DNA from: an uncultured Gemmatimonadales bacterium
GTDB lineage: Bacteria > Gemmatimonadota > Gemmatimonadetes > Gemmatimonadales > GWC2-71-9
Direction of reading: 5' to 3'
NCBI GenBank assembly: GCA_963821525.1
Contig: CAWGED010000005.1
Coordinates: 384,001-448,000, forward strand
DNA length: 64,000 nt
This document shows, piece after piece, positions 32,195 through 44,855 of the stretch. The notes beneath the pieces were generated by a model. That model had not been told where the DNA came from. It worked only from the letters and a program-made list of their open reading frames with translations, and made no database searches. The translations under genes were made by a program, and so were the position numbers. Positions within the stretch are counted from its first letter, which is position 1; each line of letters opens with the position of its first letter.

Positions 32195-32991
32195 TGGTCA
32201 CGGGCCTCACGTGCGCGGCTGTACATCTCCTTCGCCTCGTCCGGCAGGCCCAGCCGATCGAGCACCCGGCCGAGCAGGCGGTAGGTCTTTGCCGAATCGG
32301 CATCCAGTCCGGCTGACTGCTCGAGTGCTGTCCTTGCCTCCGCGTAGTCTCCAGCCTGATTGAGCGCTTCCCCGAGATAGTAGTGCGCCTCGGCGTCCCT
32401 GGGCTCGAGATCGATCGCCCGCCGGAGAGAGGCTGCCGCGTCGCCGGGGAGGCCCTTCCGCCAGAGAACCAGCCCCAGCGTGAGATGAGCCGTGAAGTGT
32501 CCCGGCTGAAGCTTGATGGCGCGACGCAGGTCGGTCTCCGCTTCGGGGTAACGCTTGAGCCGGCCGAGGATGGCGCCGCGGGAAACCAGAAGCGCGGGCT
32601 CGTCGGGGCGGGCCCGAAGTGCCGCGGTCAGCTGCTCGAACGCCTCGTCCGGGTTTCCAGACGACTCCAGCAGGAGAGAGAGATTATTGCGCGCGGCAAG
32701 ATGCTCCGGCTCCAGCGACAGGATTTCCCGGTAGCGCTGGATCGCCTCGGCAACCCGGCCCTTGCTGGCCGCATCGGCCGCTCGACGGTACAGCCGGTCG
32801 GTCGTCGGTTCGTTGGATTCCGGCTCGGTGTTGACCAGATCGTCCTGCGGAACCGCCGCGGCGAAGGGGCGCAGCGAGAACTGCTGATCCGCACCCTCGG
32901 GGATGGGATCGGCCTCCAGTCCCCGGGTGCTGAATAGATCGTCAACCACCTGTTCCCGGCCGGTTGCACGGGATCGGCGAGTGCGGCGCAT
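32191..32991 (-). CDS. Tetratricopeptide repeat protein
   Basis: Tandem TPR-like units ('AHYYLGEAL...A..ALE'). Confidence 0.85.
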   Translation of the reverse strand: MRRTRRSRATGREQVVDDLFSTRGLEADPIPEGADQQFSLRPFAAAVPQDDLVNTEPESNEPTTDRLYRRAADAASKGRVAEAIQRYREILSLEPEHLAARNNLSLLLESSGNPDEAFEQLTAALRARPDEPALLVSRGAILGRLKRYPEAETDLRRAIKLQPGHFTAHLTLGLVLWRKGLPGDAAASLRRAIDLEPRDAEAHYYLGEALNQAGDYAEARTALEQSAGLDADSAKTYRLLGRVLDRLGLPDEAKEMYSRAREARDQ

Positions 32992-33050
32992 GGCGGACTC
33001 GAAAAGAATGATGCAGTGATGAAAGCGGTGAGCCGCTATCTATCGACTCA

Positions 33051-33167
33051 TAGCTGTTAGCCATTAGCTGTTAGCCCATTAGCGCTACCAGCTTACGGCT
33101 TACGGCCTATGGCTTACGGCCACAACTGCTAACAGCTAATGCTGACGGCTAACAGCTAACAGCTAAC
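33051..33167. repeat. Inverted heptamer arrays AGCTGTT / AACAGCT enclosing GGCTTAC copies
   Basis: Seen directly; between divergent genes. Confidence 0.85.
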
Positions 33168-33321
33168 CGAACGTCCCTCAAATGATAAGTACCCCGCCCG
33201 CCCACTGGCATCCCGGCCTTCCGGTGCCGCCAAGCCGGAGTACCTTGGAGTCGCCCTCCCGATTCTGCTTGCTGGCACGCCCCCCGTTTAACGGTTCACG
33301 ACGAACCAGGAAGCCTCCGCG

Positions 33322-34629
33322 GTGACCCAGGCGCCCGTCTCGCACCTTGCCCGTCGTTCGTCCGTCCGGTGGGTCATTCTAGGCCTGCTATTCCTCGCCA
33401 GCTTCGTGGCCTACGTGCTGCGCACCAACATGTCGGTCGCCGGCGAGACCATGATGAAGGATCTGGGCTTCTCCCAGATCCAGCTGGGATTTGTGCTGGC
33501 CGCCTTCGCGTGGGGCTACGCGATCTTTCAGTTCCCGGGCGGCGTCTTCGGCGACCGGATCGGCGGGCGACGGGCGCTCACCATCATCGCGATTGCCTGG
33601 AGCGTCCTGAACATCCTCATTGGGCTGGTTCCCGGACCTGAGTTCCTCAGCGTCACGGCCATCCTCAGCATCCTGATGGTCCTGCGTTTCCTCATGGGTG
33701 CGGCTCAGGCGCCGGTCTATCCGGTGACCGGCGGCGGGACGACCTGCAACTGGTTCCCCGTCAACGGTTGGGCCTTTCCGAATGGACTGAGCAACACCGG
33801 ACTGACGCTCGGCGCCGCTGCGACCGGTCCGTTGATTGTCTGGCTGATCCAGTGGGGAGGATGGCGCGCTTCGTTCCTGCTGACCGCCCCGCTGGGCTTC
33901 CTCATTGCGGCGATCTGGTGGTGGTACGCGAGAGACCGCCCTTCCGAACACCCCAAGGTTAGTGAGAGCGAGCTCGAGTTGATCAACGCCGGGCGCACGG
34001 CGGATCAGACCTGCGAGATCCGTCCCGGCGCCTGGAAACAGGTGATCCGGCATCGCGAGGTCGTGCTGCTCACGGCGAGCTATTTCTCCAGCAACTACGT
34101 CTTCTACTTCTTCTTCAACTGGCTCTTCATCTATCTGGTGGACAGTCGGGGGTTCAAAATTCTGGAAGGCGGCTTCTACGCAGCGGCGCCGTGGATCACC
34201 GGTGCGGTGGGAGCGACCGCTGGCGGTATCCTTGCCGACGTCTGGTCGAAACGCTGGGGAATCAGGCGGGGCACTCGGACAGCAGCAGTCGCAGGACTGC
34301 TGGTCTCTGCGGTGCTGATCGTGGCGGCGGCCATGGCGCGGGATCCGGTTACCGCCGTGGTCTTCCTTTCCTTATGTCTGGCCGGCCAGCAGTTCGCCGA
34401 AGGCGCCTTCTGGGCGGCTACGATTTCTGCGTCGGGACCTCATGCGTCGGCCGGGTGCGGCGTGCTGAATACCGGAGGAAACGTCGTCGGGGGCATCGGT
34501 GCGCTCATGGTGCCACTTACCGTCAAGTACCTGGGATGGCCCATCGCGCTCGCCACCGGATCGGTATTCGCGATAGTTGCGGCACTGCTCTGGTTCTTCA
34601 TCAAGCCCGAAAACGCTCTCAAGGAGTGA
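33322..34629 (+). CDS. MFS transporter (ACS-like)
   Basis: 12-TM pattern, 'GDRIGGRR', '[11 protein letters not shown]'. Confidence 0.9.
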   Translation: MTQAPVSHLARRSSVRWVILGLLFLASFVAYVLRTNMSVAGETMMKDLGFSQIQLGFVLAAFAWGYAIFQFPGGVFGDRIGGRRALTIIAIAWSVLNILIGLVPGPEFLSVTAILSILMVLRFLMGAAQAPVYPVTGGGTTCNWFPVNGWAFPNGLSNTGLTLGAAATGPLIVWLIQWGGWRASFLLTAPLGFLIAAIWWWYARDRPSEHPKVSESELELINAGRTADQTCEIRPGAWKQVIRHREVVLLTASYFSSNYVFYFFFNWLFIYLVDSRGFKILEGGFYAAAPWITGAVGATAGGILADVWSKRWGIRRGTRTAAVAGLLVSAVLIVAAAMARDPVTAVVFLSLCLAGQQFAEGAFWAATISASGPHASAGCGVLNTGGNVVGGIGALMVPLTVKYLGWPIALATGSVFAIVAALLWFFIKPENALKE

Positions 34630-34695
34630 GGAGACAGCCAGCACTGAAGGGTCCGTCTTGAAGCAAGCCGCCTGCCCGGATACGTTCCGAGGCTT

Positions 34696-37615
<2,920 letters not shown>

Positions 37616-37716
37616 CCGGCCCGGGCAGGGGCGGTGACACCAGCTACCCCCGGCTCCGTAGTAGCCCTATCTTCTGCTCCGGCTTTTTCTCTTCACCCGA
37701 TCCGGAAGGTTCCACA

Positions 37717-40014
37717 GTGCGTCGAATCGCTCTTCTTCGGGCAGGGACAATCCACGCGGTCACCCTGCTCGCTCTCGTTGCGCGTCCAGGCTTTTCCCAG
37801 ACTGACGACCCATCACTTCTCTCGGTTCGGCGCATCTACGGCTCGGCCGAATTCAAGCCGGAGATCTTCGGTCCGGCTCGGTGGCTGGCCGGCGGTACCT
37901 CCTACACCATCCAGGAGGACTCGAAGGAGGGCGCGGGCCAGGACATCGTGCGGTACAACACCGAGACCGGCGCGCGAGATGTACTTGTCGCGGCTGCCAA
38001 GCTGGTCCCGGCTGGGGATACCGCCTCGCTCGAGATCGAAGACTACTCCTGGTCCCCGGACCAGAAGCAGCTCCTGATCTTCACCAATTCTCAGCCGGTG
38101 TGGCGGCAGAACACCCGGGGTGACTACTGGGTTCTGGATCTTACCAGCGGAAAGCTGCGGAAGCTCGGCGGCTCGGCGGCTAAGCCGTCCACTCTCATGT
38201 TCGCCAAGTTCTCCCCCGATGGGCGACGGGTCGGATACGTGCGGGAGTTCAATCTCTACGTCGAAGACCTGGCGAGCGGCAAGATCACCCAGCTCACGAG
38301 CGATGGGTCACGCACGGTCATCAACGGCACCTTCGACTGGGTCTACGAAGAGGAATTGGATGACCGGGACGGGTGGCGCTGGAGTCCGGACGGCAAGAGC
38401 ATCGCATTCTGGCAGCTGGTGGCCGACAGCGTGCGCGACTTCAACCTGATCGACTACACCGACTCGCTCTATTCGAAGGTCGTTCCCATCCAGTATCCCA
38501 AGGCCGGCGAGTCGAATTCGGCGGCCCGGGTTGCGGTGGTTGGCGCCGATGGCGGCCCTATCCGCTGGCTCGAGGTGCCCGGCGATCCGCGCAATAACTA
38601 TCTCGCCCGCATGGACTGGGCGGCGAACTCGAACGAGGTCGTCATCCAGCAGCTCGACCGGCTGCAGAACTCGAACACGGTCTGGCTCGGCAGCGCGCAA
38701 ACCGGGAAGGTGCGTCAGATAATCGTCGACACCGACAGCGCCTGGGTTTACGTCAACGACAACCAGGCCTGGCTCAAGGGTGGAAAGAGTTTTCTCTGGA
38801 CCAGTGAGAAGGACGGCTGGGAACACGTCTACGCGGTCTCGCGGGACGGAAAGAGCGAGCGTCTGCTCACGCCGGGCTCCTTCGACGTGCTGGGTGACGG
38901 GGAGGTGGCGGTTGATACCACGGGAGGGTGGCTCTACTACATCGCGTCGCCCGAGAATCCCACTCAGAGTTACCTCTACCGGGTGAGTCTCGACGGCAAG
39001 GGTAAGGCGGAACGGGTGACTCCGCCTGGCCAGTCCGGCACTCACCGCTACGACATCAGTCCCAACGCTCGCTATGCCTTTCATTACTACACGAAATTCG
39101 GCACTCCGACGACGGTAGACCTGGTCAGACTGCCGACCCATCAGTCGGTGCGGGTTCTGGCGGAGAACCAGGCGCTCAAGCAGAAAGTCGCAGCCCTCCG
39201 CAAAGGTCCTCAGGAGTTCTTCCAGGTGGATGTGGGAGACGGCGTGAAGCTGAACGGCTGGATCATCAAGCCGCCCGACTTCAATCCCAGCCGCAAGTAT
39301 CCGATTCTCTTCACGGTGTACGGCGGTCCGGGATCACAGACCGTGCTCGACCTGTGGGGCGGCTCGACCTACCTGTGGCACCTGATGCTTGCGCAGAAGG
39401 GATACCTGGTCGCGAGCGTGGATAACCGGGGCACTGGAGGCCGTGGGCGCGACTGGCGCAAGATCATTTACCGCCGGATGGGCGTGATCGAAACCCAGGA
39501 TCAGGCCAACGCGGCCCGGGCGATCGGCCGGTGGTCCTACGTGGACTCTACCCGTATGGGGATCTGGGGCTGGAGCTACGGCGGGTTCATGAGCCTGAAC
39601 GGCCTCTTCCAGGCGCCGGATGTGTACTCCATGGCGATCGCGGTCGCTCCGGTGACCCACTGGAAGTTCTATGACAACATCTACACCGAGCGGTACAACG
39701 GCCTGCCCAAGGACAATAAGGAAGGGTACGATGCCGGGTCCCCGCTCACTTACGTGAACCAGATGAAGGGGCGGTTGCTCCTGGTCCACGGCACCGGGGA
39801 CGACAACGTGCATTACCAGAACACCGAGTCTCTGGTGAACGCGTTGGTTGCGGCAAACAAACAGTTCGAGTTCATGAGCTACCCCAACCGCAACCACGGC
39901 ATCTTCGGTGGCAACACCACGGTTCACCTCCGCGATCTGCTGACTCATTTCGTGGATGAGACCCTCGGCACCCCGCGGATGGTGCCCCATGCGGCGGAGG
40001 CGCTGACGAATTAG
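37717..40014 (+). CDS. S9B dipeptidyl peptidase IV
   Basis: 'GWSYGG' nucleophile elbow, 'HGTGDDNVH', 'NHGI', DPP-IV N-terminal propeller 'DWVYEEE'. Confidence 0.93.
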   Translation: MRRIALLRAGTIHAVTLLALVARPGFSQTDDPSLLSVRRIYGSAEFKPEIFGPARWLAGGTSYTIQEDSKEGAGQDIVRYNTETGARDVLVAAAKLVPAGDTASLEIEDYSWSPDQKQLLIFTNSQPVWRQNTRGDYWVLDLTSGKLRKLGGSAAKPSTLMFAKFSPDGRRVGYVREFNLYVEDLASGKITQLTSDGSRTVINGTFDWVYEEELDDRDGWRWSPDGKSIAFWQLVADSVRDFNLIDYTDSLYSKVVPIQYPKAGESNSAARVAVVGADGGPIRWLEVPGDPRNNYLARMDWAANSNEVVIQQLDRLQNSNTVWLGSAQTGKVRQIIVDTDSAWVYVNDNQAWLKGGKSFLWTSEKDGWEHVYAVSRDGKSERLLTPGSFDVLGDGEVAVDTTGGWLYYIASPENPTQSYLYRVSLDGKGKAERVTPPGQSGTHRYDISPNARYAFHYYTKFGTPTTVDLVRLPTHQSVRVLAENQALKQKVAALRKGPQEFFQVDVGDGVKLNGWIIKPPDFNPSRKYPILFTVYGGPGSQTVLDLWGGSTYLWHLMLAQKGYLVASVDNRGTGGRGRDWRKIIYRRMGVIETQDQANAARAIGRWSYVDSTRMGIWGWSYGGFMSLNGLFQAPDVYSMAIAVAPVTHWKFYDNIYTERYNGLPKDNKEGYDAGSPLTYVNQMKGRLLLVHGTGDDNVHYQNTESLVNALVAANKQFEFMSYPNRNHGIFGGNTTVHLRDLLTHFVDETLGTPRMVPHAAEALTN

Positions 40015-40020
40015 TTGGGC

Positions 40021-40156
40021 AGACGGCTAGACGGATAGACGGATAAGGCATCCAGCTCGGGGGAAGCTCCCAGAGCCTTATCCGTCTGTCCGTCTAACCG
40101 TCTCGTCCGCCCTGTCCGCCCTGTCCCCCTGTCCGTCTGTCCGCCTGTCCGTCCTG
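40021..40156. repeat. Inverted 8-mer arrays AGACGGAT / ATCCGTCT-CTGTCCGC
   Basis: Seen directly downstream of the DPP-IV stop. Confidence 0.85.
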
Positions 40157-40195
40157 CCGCTACATTTTCACCATCCCCCTGCTGCGAGGTCCTCT

Positions 40196-40411
40196 ATGAC
40201 CTACGAGCAAATCGTCTCTGTGCTGGGCTACGCCAACGACCACGACATGGCTGTGCGGATCCTGACTACGACCGAAATGGAGGTCACCGGCATCCCCACG
40301 AGCGTGGACACCGACATCGCTGCTCATGAGGTCTATTTGCGGCCGGTGGGCGAGGACGAGACGGAAATCGCGCTGAGCCTGGGGGTCATCCAAAGCGTGG
40401 AGCTGGTCTAA
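40196..40411 (+). CDS. Small hypothetical protein
   Basis: 71-aa ORF with GAGG RBS, abutting sdaAB. Confidence 0.6.
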   Translation: MTYEQIVSVLGYANDHDMAVRILTTTEMEVTGIPTSVDTDIAAHEVYLRPVGEDETEIALSLGVIQSVELV

Positions 40412-41076
40412 TGGTCTCTCTGCTCGACATCATCGGGCCGGTCATGGTGGGGCCGTCGTCCTCCCATACGGCCGGCGCCTGCCGGATCGGCCTGTTCGCC
40501 CGCGGCCTCGTAGGCGGCCAGCCGGATAGTGCGAAAGTCGAGCTCCACGGATCCTTCGCCCGCACCGGCCAGGGCCATGGGACCGACCGCGCCATCGCGG
40601 GCGGGCTCATGGGATTCTTCCCCGATGACGAGCGGCTCCGCCACAGCCTCGAGCTGGCCGAGCAGGTCGGTTTCGCCATCACCTTCAGTAACACCAAGCT
40701 CCGGGGCGACCCTCATCCCAACACCGCGCGAATCACCGTCATCCGCGACAAACAGGAAGCGGTCGTGGTCGGTTCCTCACTGGGTGCGGGACGCGTCCTC
40801 ATCACCAACATCGATGGATTTCCGGTCGAAGTGACCGGAGCCTATCCCACTCTGGTATTCGTCGCCCACGATGTGCCTGGCATCGTCGCTGCGGTGAGCA
40901 CACTCCTGGCCCGGGAGGGCGACAACATCGCCACGATGCGGGTGTCACGGCGGACCAAGGGCGGGCAGGCGATTCATATCTACGAGCTCGACGCCCCGGC
41001 GAGCGCAGGCGCACTCGATGCCATGCGTGCCGTCCCCGCCATCGTGATGCTGCGCTCTATTCAGCGAGTGTCCTGA
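40411..41076 (+). CDS. sdaAB: L-serine dehydratase, iron-sulfur-dependent, beta subunit
   Basis: 'IIGPVMVGPSSSHTAGA', 'GHGTDRA', 'HPNT', C-terminal ACT-like domain. Confidence 0.95.
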   Translation: MVSLLDIIGPVMVGPSSSHTAGACRIGLFARGLVGGQPDSAKVELHGSFARTGQGHGTDRAIAGGLMGFFPDDERLRHSLELAEQVGFAITFSNTKLRGDPHPNTARITVIRDKQEAVVVGSSLGAGRVLITNIDGFPVEVTGAYPTLVFVAHDVPGIVAAVSTLLAREGDNIATMRVSRRTKGGQAIHIYELDAPASAGALDAMRAVPAIVMLRSIQRVS

Positions 41077-41951
41077 TGTACGATTCGCTCGCCGAGGCGG
41101 TAACCCAGGCGCAAACCGACGGAATCTCTCTGGGCGAGCTTGCGCTCCGCGCCGAAGTGGCTGAAGGGCTCCGCAGCCGCGCGGAGGTGGAGTCGGCTCT
41201 TCAGCGGGCGCTGGACGTGATGCGCAGCGCGGTCGCACGAGGCCTCCCCGGGGACCTCCGCAGCGTGAGCGGCCTGGTCGGTGGCGACGCCGCGAAGATG
41301 AGCAAACCAGTCGGCCCTCTTGCCGGCACCGTCTTCACCGAAGTTCTCGCGGCCGCGCTCGCCGTGCAGGAAGTCAACGCGGCCATGGGAGTGATCGTGG
41401 CCGCTCCTACCGCCGGAGGTGCCGGCGTTCTGCCCGGTGTGCTCCTCGGTCTCTCCAAGCGCAATTCGATCAGTGACGAGAAGCTGATCCACGGTCTCGC
41501 CGCCGCCGGCCTGGTTGGGGCCGTCGTTGCGGTGAGAGCTTCCTTGAGTGGCGCCGAGGGAGGATGTCAGGCGGAGACCGGCGCCGCGGCGGGGATGGCG
41601 GCTGCGGCCGGGATCGAAGTCCTTGGCGGGACGCCGGAGGAGGCCTCCCACGCCGTCGCCCTCACGATGCAAGGCACGCTGGGTCTGGTCTGCGATCCGC
41701 TCGGCGGCCTGGTCGAAATTCCCTGTGTCTTCCGCAACGCCACCGGTGGGGCGATGGCCTTGGCGGGCATCGAGATGGCATTGGCCGGGATCCGATTCCC
41801 GATCCCCGCGGACGAGGTCATCGACACCATGGGTGAGATCGGCCGCACGATGGACGTCCGTTATCGGGAGACCGCCGGCGGGGGACTGGCTGCGACTCCC
41901 ACTGGCCGGCGGCTGGCCAAGGAAAGGCTGGTCCAAATCCGCAAGAAATAG
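41076..41951 (+). CDS. sdaAA: L-serine dehydratase alpha subunit
   Basis: 'APTAGGAG', 'GAEGGCQAE', 'GLVCDP..GLVEIPC', 'YRETAGGGLA'. Confidence 0.95.
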   Translation: MYDSLAEAVTQAQTDGISLGELALRAEVAEGLRSRAEVESALQRALDVMRSAVARGLPGDLRSVSGLVGGDAAKMSKPVGPLAGTVFTEVLAAALAVQEVNAAMGVIVAAPTAGGAGVLPGVLLGLSKRNSISDEKLIHGLAAAGLVGAVVAVRASLSGAEGGCQAETGAAAGMAAAAGIEVLGGTPEEASHAVALTMQGTLGLVCDPLGGLVEIPCVFRNATGGAMALAGIEMALAGIRFPIPADEVIDTMGEIGRTMDVRYRETAGGGLAATPTGRRLAKERLVQIRKK

Positions 41952-41963
41952 CGTCTGAAGCGA

Positions 41964-41990
41964 TGAAACAACCTGAAACGTCCCGCCGTA
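41964..41990 (+). promoter_or_regulatory. Possible ECF-sigma promoter TGAAAC-N17-CGTA
   Basis: Motif resembles the sigmaW-type consensus, ~90 bp upstream of the paralogue array. Confidence 0.35.
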
Positions 41991-42078
41991 GGTCGCAGTG
42001 CCGCATGGAGACCGCCGGTCTCCCTCTGCCTGAAAACTCGAGATCTGGGCTGGGCCGATCCTTGGCTCCGGGGGTGAA

Positions 42079-42333
42079 ATGAACGTTGCCGACGCATTGG
42101 TTCCGATGACGTTTTTCATCTCGGTCGCCGCGATTTTCATATCGCGCAGCGAGATCGGAAAGGCCTTTGCGCAGCGGATTCGCGGCGGGACCGATCGCGA
42201 CACGCAACTCCAGCTCGAAGATCTGAGGCAGGAGGTCGCGGTGCTCCGGCAGGAGCTGGGCGAGACCCAGGAACGACTCGACTTTGCGGAGCGCCTGCTG
42301 GCCAAAGGCGGCTCCGCGGGTCAGCTGTCGTGA
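42079..42333 (+). CDS. PspB-like TM/coiled-coil protein, array member 1
   Basis: TM + 'IGKAFAQRIRG' + 'QERLDFAERLLA'. Confidence 0.8.
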   Translation: MNVADALVPMTFFISVAAIFISRSEIGKAFAQRIRGGTDRDTQLQLEDLRQEVAVLRQELGETQERLDFAERLLAKGGSAGQLS

Positions 42334-42343
42334 CGGAATACCG

Positions 42344-42649
42344 ATGACACAGGGTCCCGGTCCCGACACGCTGGTTCCGATCTTCGGGATGATCACCGGG
42401 GTCATCACGACCGGGCTGTTTTTCCTGGGTATCGTCAAGCTGGCGCAGAGTCAGGTAGGATCGGCGCTGGCCCGGCGGATTCAGGGACATTCAGGTGGGG
42501 TCGAGGCCGAGTTCGCCGCCGAGTTGAATTATCTGAGAGATCAGGTGGACGGCCTGCGACATGAGCTGACCGAAACCCAGGAACGGCTGGACTTCGCCGA
42601 GCGGATGCTGGCGAAGGGACGCACACCCGAGCGCCTGCCGGGTAACTGA
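42344..42649 (+). CDS. PspB-like protein, member 2
   Basis: TM + 'VGSALARRIQG' + 'QERLDFAERMLA'. Confidence 0.8.
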   Translation: MTQGPGPDTLVPIFGMITGVITTGLFFLGIVKLAQSQVGSALARRIQGHSGGVEAEFAAELNYLRDQVDGLRHELTETQERLDFAERMLAKGRTPERLPGN

Positions 42650-42663
42650 GCCAGAGGTGAACG

Positions 42664-42918
42664 GTGGAAGACATTCTCGCACTACTGCTCATCTTCGGTG
42701 GCGGAACCCTCGTAGCGATCTCGTTCAGCCCGGTGGGTCGCGCCTTCGCCGAGCGGATTCGCGGCGGGCATTCGTCGAGCGAGCCCGATCCGGCGGTACT
42801 CGAGGAGCTGGATCGGATTCGCACCGAGCTCGGCGAGCTCCAGGAGCGGGTCGATTTCACCGAGCGCCTGCTGGCCAAGACCCGGGAGCAGGAGCGGATC
42901 GGCGGAGGAGATAACTGA
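42664..42918 (+). CDS. PspB-like protein, member 3
   Basis: TM + 'VGRAFAERIRG' + 'QERVDFTERLLA'. Confidence 0.8.
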   Translation: MEDILALLLIFGGGTLVAISFSPVGRAFAERIRGGHSSSEPDPAVLEELDRIRTELGELQERVDFTERLLAKTREQERIGGGDN

Positions 42919-43169
42919 TGGAAGGTGTGCTCTTCATTATCATCGTATTCGGTGGCGGCATGGTCATGCTGCTGTCGAAAAGTGACATTGGCCGCGCCCT
43001 GGCCGAGCGAATCCGCGGAGTGAGTCCCAACGCTTCCGCCGATCCGGCCCTGCAGGAGGAAGTGGAGCGGCTGCGCCATGAGGTCAGCGAACTGCAGGAG
43101 CGGATGGATTTCGCCGAGCGGATGCTGGCCCAGCAACGAGAGCAGGAGCGGTTACCGGGAGGTCATTGA
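42918..43169 (+). CDS. PspB-like protein, member 4
   Basis: TM + 'IGRALAERIRG' + 'QERMDFAERMLA'. Confidence 0.8.
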   Translation: MEGVLFIIIVFGGGMVMLLSKSDIGRALAERIRGVSPNASADPALQEEVERLRHEVSELQERMDFAERMLAQQREQERLPGGH

Positions 43170-43529
43170 TGATTCAGGTCACGGTGCAGGTACCCGACAT
43201 TCCGGTTCCGCCGAATCCGCCCGATCCGTTCTTCGTGCCGCCGCCATGGGTGACGCTGCCTCCGCAGGTCGTGCTGCTGATCTCCGATAGCGTTCATTGC
43301 CGGAGTCACGATCGTGCTGTGGCCGCTGATGCGGGCATTCGCCCGGCGGATCGAAGGCCGGGGGGTGAATCCCGCCCTTCAGGGCGAGATCGACCAACTC
43401 CGGGCTCGGGTGGCCGACGTGGAGGTCTTGCAGCACCGGGTGGCGGAGTTGGAGGAACGAGTCGATTTCGCCGAACGTCTGCTCGCCCAGAAGCGTGAGC
43501 CGGAGCGGCTCGGCCGGGGCGGCGTGTGA
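43169..43529 (+). CDS. PspB-like protein, member 5, Pro-rich N-terminus (frameshift near 43285)
   Basis: 'LMRAFARRIEG' + 'EERVDFAERLLA'. Confidence 0.75.
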
Positions 43530-43536
43530 GGGCAAG

Positions 43537-43821
43537 ATGGATTTCGAATCGATTGTCAAAATCATCGTCGTGGCGATCACCGTCGTGGGAGTTCCGGTGG
43601 CGGCGTACGCAGCGATTGTCGCGACTAGAGCGATCTGGGTGAAGCCTGGCCAGCAGGGAGACAAGGTCGAGGAGCTCGGTCAGGAAGTGGAGGCACTTCG
43701 CTCCCGGCTGAATGAGGTGGAGGCGCAGCAGAGCCATATCGCGGAGCTCGAGGAACGACTCGATTTTGCCGAGCGGTTGCTGGCTCAGTCTCGCGAGCCT
43801 GACCGGCTTCCGAGAGCCTGA
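43537..43821 (+). CDS. PspB-like protein, member 6
   Basis: TM + 'EERLDFAERLLA'. Confidence 0.8.
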   Translation: MDFESIVKIIVVAITVVGVPVAAYAAIVATRAIWVKPGQQGDKVEELGQEVEALRSRLNEVEAQQSHIAELEERLDFAERLLAQSREPDRLPRA

Positions 43822-43830
43822 GGAGAAAAA

Positions 43831-44110
43831 ATGGGTGATGGCCTGGGAGACTTCGCGTTCTGGGGCGCCATAGGCGTTATCGGGTTGGCCCTGCTGAACG
43901 GTCCCATCGGACGGGCCGTGGCAGGCTCGGCTTCAGGGTCGCAAAGCGGCCCCGCCCGATGAAGGCAGGGTGCGCGAGCTCGAGGCGCGAGTGGCGGATC
44001 TGGAGCAATCCCAGGCCAGGCTGGCCGAAGTTGAAGAGCGGCTCGACTTCAACGAGCGGATGCTGGCCAGCCAGCGAGACGCGGCGCGGCTCGGAGAGGG
44101 AAGCCAATGA
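43831..44110 (+). CDS. PspB-like protein, member 7 (frameshift near 43925; not in ORF track)
   Basis: Manual translation MGDGLGDFAFWGAIGVIGLALLNGPIGRAVA..RLQG...EERLDFNERMLA; GAGGAG RBS. Confidence 0.72.
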
Positions 44111-44398
44111 GGGACGACTTGGTCAAGGTCGCGGTGGTGCTGTTCATGGTCATCGGCGTGCCGATGCTCTCGATCTTCGTGCTGCCACCGTTGGCGAAGG
44201 CCTGGGCCCGCAGGCTGGAAGGCCGTACCGGAAGGCAGGACGATGAAACGGCCGCGGAGCTGGCCGACCTCCAGGCCCGGGTCGGTGAGCTCGCCGATCT
44301 GCAGGCCAGGATGGCGGAGCTCGAGGAACGGCTGGAATTCGCCGAACGGCTTCTGGCTACCCGGCGGGAAGCCGATCAGTTACCGGGCGTCGCGATGA
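44107..44398 (+). CDS. PspB-like protein, member 8 (3' end approximate)
   Basis: TM + 'LAKAWARRLEG' + 'EERLEFAERLLA'. Confidence 0.75.
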
Positions 44399-44747
44399 TC
44401 AAGAAATGGCTGGGACTCGACGCTGTTCGACACTTGTCGTCCACATCGGCGTGACGGTTGGGCTGATGGTCGCGGTGGACAGCGCCTCCATCGGTCCCGA
44501 GTGGTGATGGAGCCATGGCCCTGCTGGTGGCGGCATCGCTGGTCGTGCTGGGATACCGGAGGAGCGGGCGATGCGGCGCAGGGGGCCGAGGAACAAGGGG
44601 GACCGGGAACACGTGCAGGAGCTGAAGCCGCGGGTCGCGGACCTGGAGGCGGCGCAATCGAGGATGCTGGAGCTCGAAGAACGGGTCGACTTCGCCGAGC
44701 GGATGTTGAGTCAGCAGCGGGAGCCGGTGAAGCTCCAGAAGGAATGA
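44395..44747 (+). CDS. PspB-like protein, member 9, two TM segments (frameshifted; not in ORF track)
   Basis: MIKKWLGLDA..HIGVTVGLMVAV..ALLVAASLVVLG.. then 'LELEERVDFAERMLSQQREP'. Confidence 0.68.
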
Positions 44748-44855
44748 AGACTGAGGAGCGGGGTGGTAGGACCCTGGAAAGTGCGATTAGATTTCGACGG
44801 ATCGACGCTTAGCCAGAGGCGGGGCTGCGGCCGCCCTCACGGAAGGCGGTAAGTG

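Noticed and set aside
33272..33290. Sigma54 promoter at TGGCAC
   Set aside because: No TTGC at the required -12 spacing
42079..44747. DNA-level tandem repeat or assembly duplication
   Set aside because: Copies are highly diverged outside the C-terminal motif and vary at synonymous sites, so they are old protein paralogues
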